Shown here: piece after piece, positions 9,403 to 19,095 of the stretch
How positions within the stretch are numbered: the first letter of the stretch is position 1
How the letters are laid out: every line of letters begins with the position of its first letter
Origin: an uncultured Candidatus Saccharibacteria bacterium
GTDB lineage: Bacteria > Patescibacteriota > Minisyncoccia > Phycocordibacterales > JACOZG01
Direction of reading: 5' to 3'
Assembly (NCBI GenBank): GCA_964651115.1
Contig: CAZYXJ010000001.1
Span: 42,273 to 106,272, forward strand
DNA: 64,000 nucleotides
Translations under genes and position numbers: made by a program
The notes under the pieces: model-generated
Databases searched by the model: none
Seen by the model: the letters and a program-made list of their open reading frames with translations, nothing else
Told to the model about the DNA's origin: nothing

Positions 9403-10167
9403 CTACTCCAGCAACAAGAGGAGATACATCAGGCCGATGCCCGAGATAAAGGCGGCGGCTTGCACCAGGCTCTTTTTAAGATCGCGCGTTTTGTGTAGTT
9501 CGGGCACTAGATCCGAACCGGCGATGTAGAGGAAGGAGCCAGCGGCCAGCGGTAGGAGAATTGATTGGACGGCTTCGAGTTGGGTGCCGAGGGCAAAGAC
9601 TAATAGCGCGCCCAAAACAGCTGCCAGGGCCGAGAGGAGATTAAACCACAGCGCTTGTCGTTTGCTGTAACCGGCATGCAAGAGGATGCCAAAGTCGCCA
9701 ATTTCCTGAGGAATTTCGTGCAGGATCACGGCGAGAGTGGTGGCGAGACCGAGGGGGATGCTGGCTAGAAAGCTGGCCGCAATGGCAATGCCATCAAGGA
9801 AATTGTGCAGACCATCCGCGAGAAGGTTGATTTTCCCCAATGGTTGGATGTGGGAATGGTGGCAATCAACGCATTGGTCTAATTCGTGATGATGATCCCA
9901 GTGGAGAAATTTTTCTAGTCCAAAGAGAACGACGATGCCCACTAAGATCCACAGGGCGGCGGTGGTTGGCTCGGCAGCGGCGACGAAAATCTCAGGGATA
10001 AGGTGCAGGAGCGCGTCGCCAAAGAGCGAGCCAGCGGCGAGGGCGACTAGGGCGAAGATGCCTCGCCGCAAAAGCTTTTCGTTGATGGAGAGCGTGAGGA
10101 TCCCAACTAGCGAAATGGCGCTGACGGCCAGGACGCTCAAGATGGTGCCGGTAAATGGGGTAAGCAT
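9403..10167 (-). CDS. ZIP family metal (zinc) transporter
   Basis: Multi-TM protein with the ZIP signature HEIPQEIGDFGILL and His-rich loops. Start chosen at the internal Met (cat at 10165-10167). The ORF track extends to 10245. Confidence 0.8.
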   Translation of the reverse strand: MLTPFTGTILSVLAVSAISLVGILTLSINEKLLRRGIFALVALAAGSLFGDALLHLIPEIFVAAAEPTTAALWILVGIVVLFGLEKFLHWDHHHELDQCVDCHHSHIQPLGKINLLADGLHNFLDGIAIAASFLASIPLGLATTLAVILHEIPQEIGDFGILLHAGYSKRQALWFNLLSALAAVLGALLVFALGTQLEAVQSILLPLAAGSFLYIAGSDLVPELHKTRDLKKSLVQAAAFISGIGLMYLLLLLE

Positions 10168-10274
10168 AATTTTCACTATACGGTATTGTTGCCAATTTAA
10201 CAAATTGCTGTTATGGTTAAGTCGGCGTTTTTTTTGATTAACCAAACAGTCCTTTTGGCGTAAAGGAGACGACG

Positions 10275-10901
10275 ATGGGCCTGACGAAGCTATTGTACAG
10301 CGGCGAGGATGTGGTCATTCCGATCTTTGATCAATGGCTGCGGCGATACTTGGGCGTTAATTTGTCCCCAAGCGAGTGGCAAAATCGCTATTTGGAACTG
10401 TCCGCGGCTCGAAAAATCAAGTTCGGGTACGTCGCGCTTTCCTTGGCGGTATTGTTGGTCGGTTTGTGTTGGGTGAGATTCGGCAATTCACCAATGCCCT
10501 GGTTGTGGGCAGAGCTGATGCTGATCGTGATCCCGGTGTACGGCCGCTTGACTTGCGGCAAGCTCTTTTGGGCCGAGCGGCGGTTTTTGGCCGATTACTG
10601 CCAGCTCACAGAACTTCTCCCGGGCAAGATGTTCTGTTGTCTTGAGGTGGATGAGGTTCGGCAGCCGGCTGAGAAAGAACTTCGAGAGCGTCTGTTTCGT
10701 TGTCAATCTGCCTTACAAAAAGATCCTGCCCTTAAGAAGGTGGAAACGATTCGTCTGTGCTATGACTATGGCAGAAAAGTGGAGGTCTTAAAACGGTTCG
10801 GTTTTTGGAATGCTTTTGGCGGTGACAAGGAGTCCGCCTTACCCGTGATCGCTCCCATTCCGATCACCGGCGTTCAGACGGTTCCTATTCCTGAGGGATG
10901 A
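10275..10901 (+). CDS. hypothetical membrane protein
   Basis: 208 aa with two predicted TM segments. No family recognised. Confidence 0.45.
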   Translation: MGLTKLLYSGEDVVIPIFDQWLRRYLGVNLSPSEWQNRYLELSAARKIKFGYVALSLAVLLVGLCWVRFGNSPMPWLWAELMLIVIPVYGRLTCGKLFWAERRFLADYCQLTELLPGKMFCCLEVDEVRQPAEKELRERLFRCQSALQKDPALKKVETIRLCYDYGRKVEVLKRFGFWNAFGGDKESALPVIAPIPITGVQTVPIPEG

Positions 10902-10968
10902 GTTCTTGCCCCCGCACGAGAAAAGTGCGGGGGCGTTTTGCGTCTGGCCAAAACGTGTTAGCGTGAGC

Positions 10969-12009
10969 ATGATGGCGCAAAAGAAAAAGGTATTTGTGGG
11001 CATGTCGGGCGGCGTTGATTCCTCCGTCGCGGTCGCGCTGTTGCTCCGCGGGGGTTACGACGTCGTGGGCGTTTTCATTCAGGCCTGGGAGATTCCTGGC
11101 CAGCCGTGCACTTGGCGTGCCGAGCGACGTGACGCGATGCGCGTCGCCGCTAGGTTGGGTATCCCACTTTTAACCCTCGACCTGTCTCAAGAATATAAGC
11201 AAGAGGTGATTGATTATCTGATTGCGGAATATGCCGCCGGTCGGACGCCTAATCCGGACGTGATGTGCAATCAGCAAATTAAATTTGGTCACTTTTATCG
11301 TTGGGCCCGTGCTTCGGGCGCGGACTTTGTCGCGACGGGTCACTATGCTCAGGTGCGCGCGGGGCAATTGTTCGCGGCGGTTGATCCGGCCAAGGATCAG
11401 TCATATTTTTTGTGGACGCTCTCGTCTCTCGAATTGGCTCACACGCTTTTTCCATTAGGTGGTTATAAAAAAGATCAGGTGCGCCACTTGGCTCGGCGTT
11501 ATGGCCTCCCGACCGCGGCCAAAAAAGACAGCCAAGGTTTGTGCTTTTTGGGTCCAGTAGACATGGAGTCTTTTTTGCGGGAATTTATTTTGCTCGCGCC
11601 GGGACCGATCGTGACGGAGGCGGGTGAGACGATTGGCCAACATGAGGGACTCCATTTGTTTACGCTGGGCCAGCGACATGGTTTTGCTACTACCGTGACT
11701 GGGCCGTGGTATGTGGTGGCGAAAAATTTTTCTACTAACACTTTGATCGTTTCAAAAACTATTGAGACCTCTACGGCACGGCGGATTAAGTTTCCACTTT
11801 CGCAAACAGTGTGGCGCCAGGCGCCGATTGGCCAGCTTGCTTGCCAAATTCGTTATCACGGCGAAATGATCCCTTGCCAAATTGAGGACGAGAAAATGGC
11901 CGTCTTAGCTGAGCCCCAACTCGTAGCGCCCGGACAGTCACTCGTGGTTTACCGGGGTGACAACTGCCTCGGCGGCGGCATAGTTGACGACGTCTCAGCG
12001 CGGGCGTAG
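10969..12009 (+). CDS. mnmA: tRNA-specific 2-thiouridylase MnmA
   Basis: PP-loop motif (VFVGMSGGVDSSVA), conserved Cys residues and an MnmA-like C-terminal domain. Start set at the internal ATG at 10969. Confidence 0.88.
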   Translation: MMAQKKKVFVGMSGGVDSSVAVALLLRGGYDVVGVFIQAWEIPGQPCTWRAERRDAMRVAARLGIPLLTLDLSQEYKQEVIDYLIAEYAAGRTPNPDVMCNQQIKFGHFYRWARASGADFVATGHYAQVRAGQLFAAVDPAKDQSYFLWTLSSLELAHTLFPLGGYKKDQVRHLARRYGLPTAAKKDSQGLCFLGPVDMESFLREFILLAPGPIVTEAGETIGQHEGLHLFTLGQRHGFATTVTGPWYVVAKNFSTNTLIVSKTIETSTARRIKFPLSQTVWRQAPIGQLACQIRYHGEMIPCQIEDEKMAVLAEPQLVAPGQSLVVYRGDNCLGGGIVDDVSARA

Positions 12010-12066
12010 GGTGAAAGTGGCGTAAAAGTAGCAACAGAACCTTGGAATAAAATTGGAGGTGTCAAA

Positions 12067-12846
12067 ATGGGTGGCAAAAAGTCGCCTGGTTCAGATGGTT
12101 CAAGTCTGTGGTGGAGAATGTTTACCGCTAGATCTAGAAATTCATTGGAGGACATCGCTGAGGAATATTGGGCTCCGGGCGAAACGGAAGTCGACGAACT
12201 GGAAATTGAGGAAAAATTCTCATTCACTCCCACTTCAGATGAGATTAAGGAATCTGATGAGGATAAGACTTGGAGTCGGGTCTTATCCAGGGCTGTTTAC
12301 ACTATCGGTTCCAGAATTCCTTTGGAGTTTGCCGCGAAACTTCGCCACTTTGTGGGCATCGATGATTACTTGATTATCAGGGATTGCCACGGTGAAGAAA
12401 CTTCTTTTCGGCTTAGAGGCGGAGCTGCCCGTCCGCCTCAGTTTACGATGAAGGTTCCATTGCCGGGAGAATCCAATCAAGTCAGGGAAGAACAGAATCT
12501 TGACTTTGAGTCTGATCCCAAATCTGCTTCCGTTGTGCGGGCGATTTTGAGACGTTTGTCTCGTCACGACAAGGACAATCAACCGATTATTTTCAGTGTT
12601 CGTCAGGAGGGGTCAATTTGGATTTTTCGGGACGTCAGCCGGGGAGTGAGTGTCGAGGTCACGGTTTACCGGATTGATCGTTTTTATCCCACGATCAAGA
12701 CGGGGGTATACGGGGAGGTAGAAATCATTGGAGCAACCTCGATTGGGGACGGCAAGGAGGCTCTGGGCCATTACACCCAGTTTCTAGACTTGGTGGGTAA
12801 AGAATGTTCGCAGAGCATCGCCGAACTTTTCCGTCCCAGTTCCTAG
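12067..12846 (+). CDS. hypothetical acidic cytoplasmic protein
   Basis: 259 aa. A strong RBS (GGAGGTG) lies 8 nt upstream of the ATG. GC is lower than in neighbouring genes. No family recognised. Confidence 0.5.
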   Translation: MGGKKSPGSDGSSLWWRMFTARSRNSLEDIAEEYWAPGETEVDELEIEEKFSFTPTSDEIKESDEDKTWSRVLSRAVYTIGSRIPLEFAAKLRHFVGIDDYLIIRDCHGEETSFRLRGGAARPPQFTMKVPLPGESNQVREEQNLDFESDPKSASVVRAILRRLSRHDKDNQPIIFSVRQEGSIWIFRDVSRGVSVEVTVYRIDRFYPTIKTGVYGEVEIIGATSIGDGKEALGHYTQFLDLVGKECSQSIAELFRPSS

Positions 12847-12986
12847 TTGACCAGTCCAGTTGCTCGTGCTATTGTTTAGCCAAGGATGGTTCGTGGTCAA
12901 GGATGACTGGACCACACCATTTTACGGCCCTTGCATCCGCGCTTGGGCCGTTTTTTTATTTTCAAAATCTGTTAGAATCGTCGCAT

Positions 12987-14807
12987 ATGCAATCTAATGA
13001 AATTCGTTCCCGTTTTCTCAAATTTTTTGAGCGTCGCGGTCACGCGATTATCCCTTCAGCTTCGCTAGTGCCCGAGAACGATGCTTCGGTGCTGTTTAAT
13101 ACCGCGGGCATGCAACCGCTGGTGCCTTATCTCTTGGGGCAACCTCATCCGGCGGGCCAACGGATTGCCAACGTGCAGAAGTGCGTCCGTACCGGTGATA
13201 TTGACGACATCGGCGACAATCGCCACCTCTCATTTTTTGAGATGCTCGGCAATTGGTCGCTGGGCGATTATTTTAAAGACGAATCAATTCGTTGGAGTTT
13301 CGAATTTCTTACTTCGCGCGAGGAGGGTTTGGGTCTGGATCCGCGACGATTGTACATTACGGTCTTTCGTGGTGAGCAGGGGATTCCGCGCGATAATGAG
13401 GCCATTGCGATTTGGCAGGATGTTTTTAAGTCAGTTGGGATCACGGCCGCGGTGGCCGGGGACGACGAGATGCTCGGCGGTGACGTGCGCATCGTGCCGC
13501 TGGGTGTGGACGATAACTTTTGGATTGCCGGTGCGACCGGCCCTTGTGGCGGTGATACCGAAATTTTTTATGATACGCGGCCGGAAGCTGGTCCGCTCAC
13601 TGGCCGCTTTACCGATCAAGTCAACGGCTTTCGCTTGATTGAGATCTGGAATAACGTGTTTATGGAGTTTAATAAAACCGCGACTGGCACTTACGAGCCG
13701 CTAGCCAGCAAGAACGTCGACACCGGCATGGGACTAGAACGGACGACCGCAGTGATTAATGGCGCCGCTACCGTGTTCGAGACCGATTGCTTTGCGCTGA
13801 TTTTGGAGGCCATCGCGGCGCGGGCCGAGACGCGTGACGAGCGGGCCGAGCGGATTATCGCCGACCACGTTCGGACGGCGGTGTTTATGATTGCGGACGG
13901 CGTCACGCCAGCCAACACTGATCGCGGTTACGTTTTGCGTCGACTTATTCGTCGCGCCGTGCGCTACGCCGCGACGCTGGCTTTGCCGGCCGATTTTTTG
14001 GCGGATTTGAGTCGGGTGGTGATCAAACAATATGCCGCCCCTTATCCGGAAGTGGCTTTGCGCGCCGAGACGATTGCGGCCGAAATTAGCGCTGAGGAAA
14101 AGCGTTTTCGCGAAACGCTGGCCCGCGGTTTGCGTGAGTTTGAGAAGGTGGCAACGCGCGGCGGGACCGAAATTTCTGGCGCCGAAGTTTTTGACCTTTA
14201 CCAGACTCACGGCTTTCCGCTGGAAGTCACTCGAGAAATCGCCCGCGAGCGGGGGATCGCTTTAGACGAGGACGGTTTTCAAGCTGAGTTGGCCAAGCAT
14301 CAAGATTTGTCCCGTGCCGGCGCCGAGCAAAAGTTCAAGGGTGGCTTGGCTAGCGCGGGCATGATGGAAACTAAGTATCACACCGCTACCCACCTTTTGC
14401 ATCAGGCTTTGCGTCAGGTTTTGGGTAGTCATGTTGAGCAAAAGGGGAGCAACATTACCGTCGAGCGTTTGCGCTTTGACTTTGCTCACTCGGGCAAGTT
14501 AACGGAGGAGGAGAAGGCCCAAGTCGAGTCGTTAGTTAACGAGCAGATTGCGGCTAATCGTCCGGTCCAGCAGGTAGTTTTGCCGCGCGCCGAAGCTGAG
14601 GCCACGGGTGCGCTCCATTTTTTCGCCGACAAATATGGCGACACGGTTTCGGTTTATTTTGTGGGCGACGATTTGACTACCGCGTATTCGAAAGAATTTT
14701 GTGGCGGCCCTCACGTCGCGCGTACCAGCGAGTTGGGCAAATTTAAAATTGTTAAAGAAGAAGCTGTCGCCGCGGGCGTTCGCCGAATCAAAGCAGTGTT
14801 GGTATAA
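12987..14807 (+). CDS. alaS: alanyl-tRNA synthetase (short form lacking the C-Ala domain)
   Basis: N-terminus MQSNEIRSRFLKFFERRGH, WGGDYFK-like motif (NWSLGDYFK) and editing-domain HxxxH (HTATHLLHQALRQVLGSH). About 606 aa from the internal ATG at 12987. The ORF track frame opens at 12804. Confidence 0.88.
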   Translation: MQSNEIRSRFLKFFERRGHAIIPSASLVPENDASVLFNTAGMQPLVPYLLGQPHPAGQRIANVQKCVRTGDIDDIGDNRHLSFFEMLGNWSLGDYFKDESIRWSFEFLTSREEGLGLDPRRLYITVFRGEQGIPRDNEAIAIWQDVFKSVGITAAVAGDDEMLGGDVRIVPLGVDDNFWIAGATGPCGGDTEIFYDTRPEAGPLTGRFTDQVNGFRLIEIWNNVFMEFNKTATGTYEPLASKNVDTGMGLERTTAVINGAATVFETDCFALILEAIAARAETRDERAERIIADHVRTAVFMIADGVTPANTDRGYVLRRLIRRAVRYAATLALPADFLADLSRVVIKQYAAPYPEVALRAETIAAEISAEEKRFRETLARGLREFEKVATRGGTEISGAEVFDLYQTHGFPLEVTREIARERGIALDEDGFQAELAKHQDLSRAGAEQKFKGGLASAGMMETKYHTATHLLHQALRQVLGSHVEQKGSNITVERLRFDFAHSGKLTEEEKAQVESLVNEQIAANRPVQQVVLPRAEAEATGALHFFADKYGDTVSVYFVGDDLTTAYSKEFCGGPHVARTSELGKFKIVKEEAVAAGVRRIKAVLV

Positions 14808-14816
14808 TAGTTTTTA

Positions 14817-15923
14817 ATGTCGCGACTCGCGATTATTGATTTGGGTACGACGTCGGTCGGGCTGGCCTTGGTCCAGCGTCCCGGCGGAAAAATTATTTTT
14901 TCTGATCGCGTCGAAGCACCTTTCGCCGCGGATGGAGTTGATCCCGCGCGTTTTATGACGGCGATCATGACGGCACTAAAAGAGGTGCTTAATCGCAGTC
15001 TTAAATCTGCTCCCGGCGCCCCCGAGGAAGTGGTTTGTTTTTTGTCTGGGCCATTTTACGCCTCGGCCACGCGGATTATTAAAAAGTCTGACCCTAAAAA
15101 GTTAATGATTACACCCGAGACGATTAATTCTTGGGTGGAGGAGGGGGCGCCAAATCTGCCAGCTAATCATGAGTGGCTAGAGGACGCGGTGTTAGAATTG
15201 TTGGCCAATGGTTATCCGATCGCTCGTCCCAGTCGTCAGGTGGCGGAGGAGATTGAGCTTTATCATTTTACTTCTTACGCACCGCAAGAGATTTTGGCGC
15301 AGCTCCGCCAGGTCATCGGAGGCGCTTTCCATCACGAAAAAATTTCTTTTCATAGTTTTGTGTACGCGCTGTATCGCTCGTTGGCCCAATGTGTCGCCAA
15401 CGAACGCAATTTGCTTTTGCTTGATTTAGGCGGGGAGTTAGCGGAGTTGTCGTTGGTCTGGCACGGCGTCCTCCGGGAGACGGTCTCTTTCCCCGAAGGT
15501 CGTAATTGGCTGATTCGTCAGGTGGCGGCGGCTAACCACACGACCCCAGCCGAAGCTTATTCCGCCCTCAAATTGTTGGCCAGCAATGAGCGCCAACCAG
15601 GCGACGAGCGACTGGTCCAAGCACTGGCCGCGGCTAAAGAAGAGTGGACCACTAAGTTCAAGCAGGCCCTTGATCAAGTTTTGCAGTCTTGTTTTATTCC
15701 GGAACGAATCCTCTCCTTTGGCGATCCAGCTTTGGTGCCGATTTATCAAAATTGGCTTGAGGGCTTGGAGCATCTAGCGCCGACCTTGGGTAATCGTCAC
15801 TTTAAGAGTGCTCATTTGACCGAGGCGGCCCTAGATAAGTTTTGTGATCAGGCCGCGACGGTGCGCCGAGACTTTTCCCTCATGGTAGAAGCCGTGTTTT
15901 GTGATACACTAAAAACGAACTAA
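14817..15923 (+). CDS. ASKHA (actin/Hsp70-fold) ATPase, Ppx/GppA- or PilM/FtsA-like
   Basis: Phosphate-1 motif IIDLGTTSVGLALV and phosphate-2-like motif LLLLDLGGELAELSLV. Subfamily is uncertain. Confidence 0.5.
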   Translation: MSRLAIIDLGTTSVGLALVQRPGGKIIFSDRVEAPFAADGVDPARFMTAIMTALKEVLNRSLKSAPGAPEEVVCFLSGPFYASATRIIKKSDPKKLMITPETINSWVEEGAPNLPANHEWLEDAVLELLANGYPIARPSRQVAEEIELYHFTSYAPQEILAQLRQVIGGAFHHEKISFHSFVYALYRSLAQCVANERNLLLLDLGGELAELSLVWHGVLRETVSFPEGRNWLIRQVAAANHTTPAEAYSALKLLASNERQPGDERLVQALAAAKEEWTTKFKQALDQVLQSCFIPERILSFGDPALVPIYQNWLEGLEHLAPTLGNRHFKSAHLTEAALDKFCDQAATVRRDFSLMVEAVFCDTLKTN

Positions 15924-15939
15924 TCGCACATCAATCATT

Positions 15940-17193
15940 ATGTTTCAAGATATTCGTCGACCTAAAAAAAGTTTGCGCGAAATTTTGCCCGGTCGGGCCT
16001 CGGTGGCCGAAGTAGAACCAAGTTACGAGGAAGCAGCGCCGACCGTTGATCAGTACGTGAGTCGCCCTGTTCGCCAGCCCCGTTCGCGGGGCTGGGGTTT
16101 GGTGGTGGTGGCTTTGTTGATTGTGGGTTTGGGTTACTGGGTCTCGCGACAGGTAGCGACGGCCACGGTGACGATTACGCCCAAACAAACCATAATAAAT
16201 TTGGCTGACGCCTCGCTCTCTCTGCCTTATGAGGTGGCCACTCTTGACCCGATTAGCGCCGCTCGACCGGTTACCGCGACTGAGGCTCGCCCGGTAGAGC
16301 GTAAAGCCACTGGTAAAATTGTTATTTATAACGCTTTTTCGTCCGCCCCTGAGCGTTTGGTGGCTAATACTCGATTTATGGCGGCCAGTGGTAAGATCTA
16401 CCGGATTAGCGGTGCCGTCACTGTGCCCGGTCTTAAGGGCGATGTGCCTGGTTCGATTGAGGCGACGGTGACAGCGGATGCCCCCGGGGAGAGTTATAAC
16501 GCGCCGTTGACCGATTTCACCATCCCGGGTTTTAAGGGTACACCCCGAGAAAAGAAGCTTTACGCTCGCTCTCAAACACCCATAACTGGTGGTTTTGCTG
16601 GGACGGAGCGAGTCGTCCCCGAGGCCGAGAAAACGGCCTTGGTTACCGAGCTTAAGTCGGAGATTATTGCTCGCGCCAAACAACAGGCCGAGTTCCAAAT
16701 TCCCAAAGATTACGTCTTGTTGCCTGATGGCCTGGAGATGACCTGGACGGAACGGGTTGAGGGCGCTTCGACGGTGGCCAGTTCCAGTTTGGTTGTTGAG
16801 GGGACACCGCAGGTGTTGCTGGCGAAGCGCTCAGTCTTGGATGAGAAAATCGTGGCCGCCGGCAACCTCGATCCGAGTGATCATTTGTCGATTTCTAATC
16901 TGGAAAATCTCGAGTTAAACTTCACTAACGTGGCGGCTTTAGCGGCGGCGACTACTCCGGGCAGTCGAGTGGCCAATGTCTCAGCTCGCGGTCAACTTAA
17001 GGCCCAAATGCCCCTTGATCCTGAGGAGTTGGCTAACAAATTAGCTGGTCAATCTAAGGCCGAAGCGAACGTGGTTTTCCAACAATTCCCGGGAATCGCC
17101 TCGGCGGTTCCGAGCTTCCATCCTCCCTGGATTAGGAGCTTCCCCAACGACCCCAGTCGAATCAAAATTAACCTGGTCAGCGAGACTAATTAA
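15940..17193 (+). CDS. bitopic membrane protein (about 60 aa cytoplasmic N-terminus, one TM segment, large extracytoplasmic domain)
   Basis: 417 aa. TM segment WGLVVVALLIVGLGYWV. No family recognised. It immediately follows the ASKHA ATPase. Confidence 0.5.
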   Translation: MFQDIRRPKKSLREILPGRASVAEVEPSYEEAAPTVDQYVSRPVRQPRSRGWGLVVVALLIVGLGYWVSRQVATATVTITPKQTIINLADASLSLPYEVATLDPISAARPVTATEARPVERKATGKIVIYNAFSSAPERLVANTRFMAASGKIYRISGAVTVPGLKGDVPGSIEATVTADAPGESYNAPLTDFTIPGFKGTPREKKLYARSQTPITGGFAGTERVVPEAEKTALVTELKSEIIARAKQQAEFQIPKDYVLLPDGLEMTWTERVEGASTVASSSLVVEGTPQVLLAKRSVLDEKIVAAGNLDPSDHLSISNLENLELNFTNVAALAAATTPGSRVANVSARGQLKAQMPLDPEELANKLAGQSKAEANVVFQQFPGIASAVPSFHPPWIRSFPNDPSRIKINLVSETN

Positions 17194-17250
17194 CAACCCT
17201 TCTTGACTCTTATTGGCTCAATCTGTTAGGATTAGCCCCGTAACTCATAA

Positions 17251-17490
17251 ATGGATAACGGTAGTGGAAAAAGCCAATCATCCGAGAGGCAAGGAGACGT
17301 TGCCTCCGGAATTGTAGTGGAAGCACTACCGAATACCTTGTTCCGGGTAGAACTGGAAGGGGGGACCATTATTTTGGCCTACCTTTCGGGAAAGATGAGG
17401 TTACATCGAATTCGCGTTCTTGTCGGCGACCGGGTTGACGTTCTGCTTGACCCTTACGGCGGCAAGGGCCGAATTATCAAGCGTCTCTAA
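17251..17490 (+). CDS. infA: translation initiation factor IF-1
   Basis: S1-like IF-1 core [45 protein letters not shown]. Confidence 0.85.
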   Translation: MDNGSGKSQSSERQGDVASGIVVEALPNTLFRVELEGGTIILAYLSGKMRLHRIRVLVGDRVDVLLDPYGGKGRIIKRL

Positions 17491-17498
17491 AAAACTTT

Positions 17499-17615
17499 AT
17501 GCACGTACGAGCTTCAATTAAAAAGCGTTGCGCCGGCTGCAAAATGGTTCGTCGCCGAGGGCATCTCTATATTATTTGCAAAACTAAACCTAAGCACAAA
17601 CAAAAGCAGGCCTAA
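17499..17615 (+). CDS. rpmJ: 50S ribosomal protein L36
   Basis: Not in the ORF track because it is under 60 aa. Translates to [38 protein letters not shown] with the C-x2-C...C zinc ribbon, in the canonical infA-rpmJ-rpsM position. Confidence 0.8.
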   Translation: MHVRASIKKRCAGCKMVRRRGHLYIICKTKPKHKQKQA

Positions 17616-17620
17616 TTTTT

Positions 17621-18001
17621 ATGCGTATCGCCGGTATTACCATTCCCGATAACAAGCGGTTAGAAGTAGCTCTCACTACGATTTATGGCATTGGCCGCAA
17701 TCGCAGTCGCCGCATTTTGACTGAAGCTGGCGTTAGTTTTGATACGCGCGCTAAAGAATTAAATGCTGATCACGAAAACAACCTTCGTCGTCTGATCGAA
17801 AGTTATACGATTGAGGGTGTTTTGCGTCGCGAAGTCGGAGGCAACATTAAGCGCTTGATGGATATTAAGAGTTATCGAGGGGTACGGCACATGCGTCGTT
17901 TGCCGGCTCGTGGTCAGCGGACCAAAACTAATTCGCGAACCCGTCGAGGCAACGTCCGCAAGACGATGACTTCGGGTCGTAAGAAGCTAGAAAAGAAATA
18001 A
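17621..18001 (+). CDS. rpsM: 30S ribosomal protein S13
   Basis: [33 protein letters not shown] matches the S13 consensus. Confidence 0.95.
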   Translation: MRIAGITIPDNKRLEVALTTIYGIGRNRSRRILTEAGVSFDTRAKELNADHENNLRRLIESYTIEGVLRREVGGNIKRLMDIKSYRGVRHMRRLPARGQRTKTNSRTRRGNVRKTMTSGRKKLEKK

Positions 18002-18004
18002 TTT

Positions 18005-18439
18005 ATGGGCAAGAAACGAATCATTACCGAGAGTGGAGTGGATACTCAGGCGTTGGCAGAAAAATCAGCCCAGGCAGTTTCTTCGAAGAAGAAATTGGTG
18101 GAAGGAGTGGTGGCCATTTCCGCGACTTACAACAACACGATGTTGGTGCTAACTGATCGAGCGGGCAATGCCGTTTTGTGGTCATCGAGCGGCGCTCTCG
18201 GCTTTAAGGGCGCGAAGAAGGGGACGCCTTTTGCCGCCGGCAAGGTGGCCGAGGTTCTGGCGGAAAAAGCTCAAACCTTGGGTCTGAAGGAGGTTGACGT
18301 GGTCGTTAAGGGAGTTGGGGCTGGTCGAGAATCAGCCATCCGCGCCCTGGCCGGTAAGGGTTTGGTAATTAATTCGATTAAGGACGCCACGCCGGTTCCG
18401 TTTAATGGACCTAAGCCGCGCAAGCCTCGCCGCGTCTAA
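18005..18439 (+). CDS. rpsK: 30S ribosomal protein S11
   Basis: Conserved S11 core (ATYNNTMLVLTD...SSGALGFKGAKKGTPFAA). Confidence 0.95.
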   Translation: MGKKRIITESGVDTQALAEKSAQAVSSKKKLVEGVVAISATYNNTMLVLTDRAGNAVLWSSSGALGFKGAKKGTPFAAGKVAEVLAEKAQTLGLKEVDVVVKGVGAGRESAIRALAGKGLVINSIKDATPVPFNGPKPRKPRRV

Positions 18440-18456
18440 ATTATTTTTTTTTCATT

Positions 18457-19074
18457 ATGAAGATTGGACCAAAATTTAAAATCGCTCGACGCCTTGGGGC
18501 CCGCATTTTTCCTAAGACGCAAACGACCAAATTTACGACCTCAACGGGTGGTACTAGCCGCGGTGGTGGTCGCGGTCGACCTCGCGCCCTCTCTGATTAC
18601 GGCGCTCAATTGATCGAAAAGCAGAAGGCTCGTTACACTTATGGTCTCAAAGAACATCAGTTTGCTAGCTACGTGAAAAAAGCTCGCGCCGCCGCTGGTC
18701 AGAGTCCGGTGGCCGCTCTCTACAGCACGCTCGAACGCCGTCTCGATAACGTGGTCTTCCGCCTGGGATTGGCGCCATCTCGCGCCTTTGCCCGACAGAT
18801 GGTGACTCACGGCCACGTAGTGGTTAATGGTCGCCGCGTTAACGTCCCTTCTTACCAGGTAAAGGTGGGAGATAAGGTGGGCGTGCGAGAGCAGAGCAAG
18901 GGTTTGGGATTGTTTAAGTCTTACGAAGAGCGGACCAAGGATTATCGCGTGCCAACTTGGCTCTCGTTTGACCCAGCGGCCAAGGCGGGAGTTCTGGCGG
19001 CCGAACCACTGAAGCAAGATGCGGATGTGGATATCAATTTTAGTTCCATTTTAGAGTTTTATAGCCGCGTTTAA
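18457..19074 (+). CDS. rpsD: 30S ribosomal protein S4
   Basis: S4 domain LERRLDNVVFRLGLAPSRAFARQMVTHGHVVVNGRRV. Confidence 0.95.
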   Translation: MKIGPKFKIARRLGARIFPKTQTTKFTTSTGGTSRGGGRGRPRALSDYGAQLIEKQKARYTYGLKEHQFASYVKKARAAAGQSPVAALYSTLERRLDNVVFRLGLAPSRAFARQMVTHGHVVVNGRRVNVPSYQVKVGDKVGVREQSKGLGLFKSYEERTKDYRVPTWLSFDPAAKAGVLAAEPLKQDADVDINFSSILEFYSRV

Positions 19075-19095
19075 TAACTAATTTTTTATACGCGT

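Noticed and set aside
12847-12986. Possible T-box riboswitch upstream of alaS
   Set aside because: The leader is only about 140 nt and lacks an identifiable specifier loop or T-box consensus (AATTAGGGTGGNACCGCG). It is reported only as hairpins.
15931-16698. 255 aa minus-strand ORF overlapping the 15940..17193 gene
   Set aside because: Its composition is low-complexity (R/G/S-rich). The plus-strand gene has a coherent TM plus soluble-domain architecture, and the ORF start falls inside the plus-strand gene with no regulatory signals.
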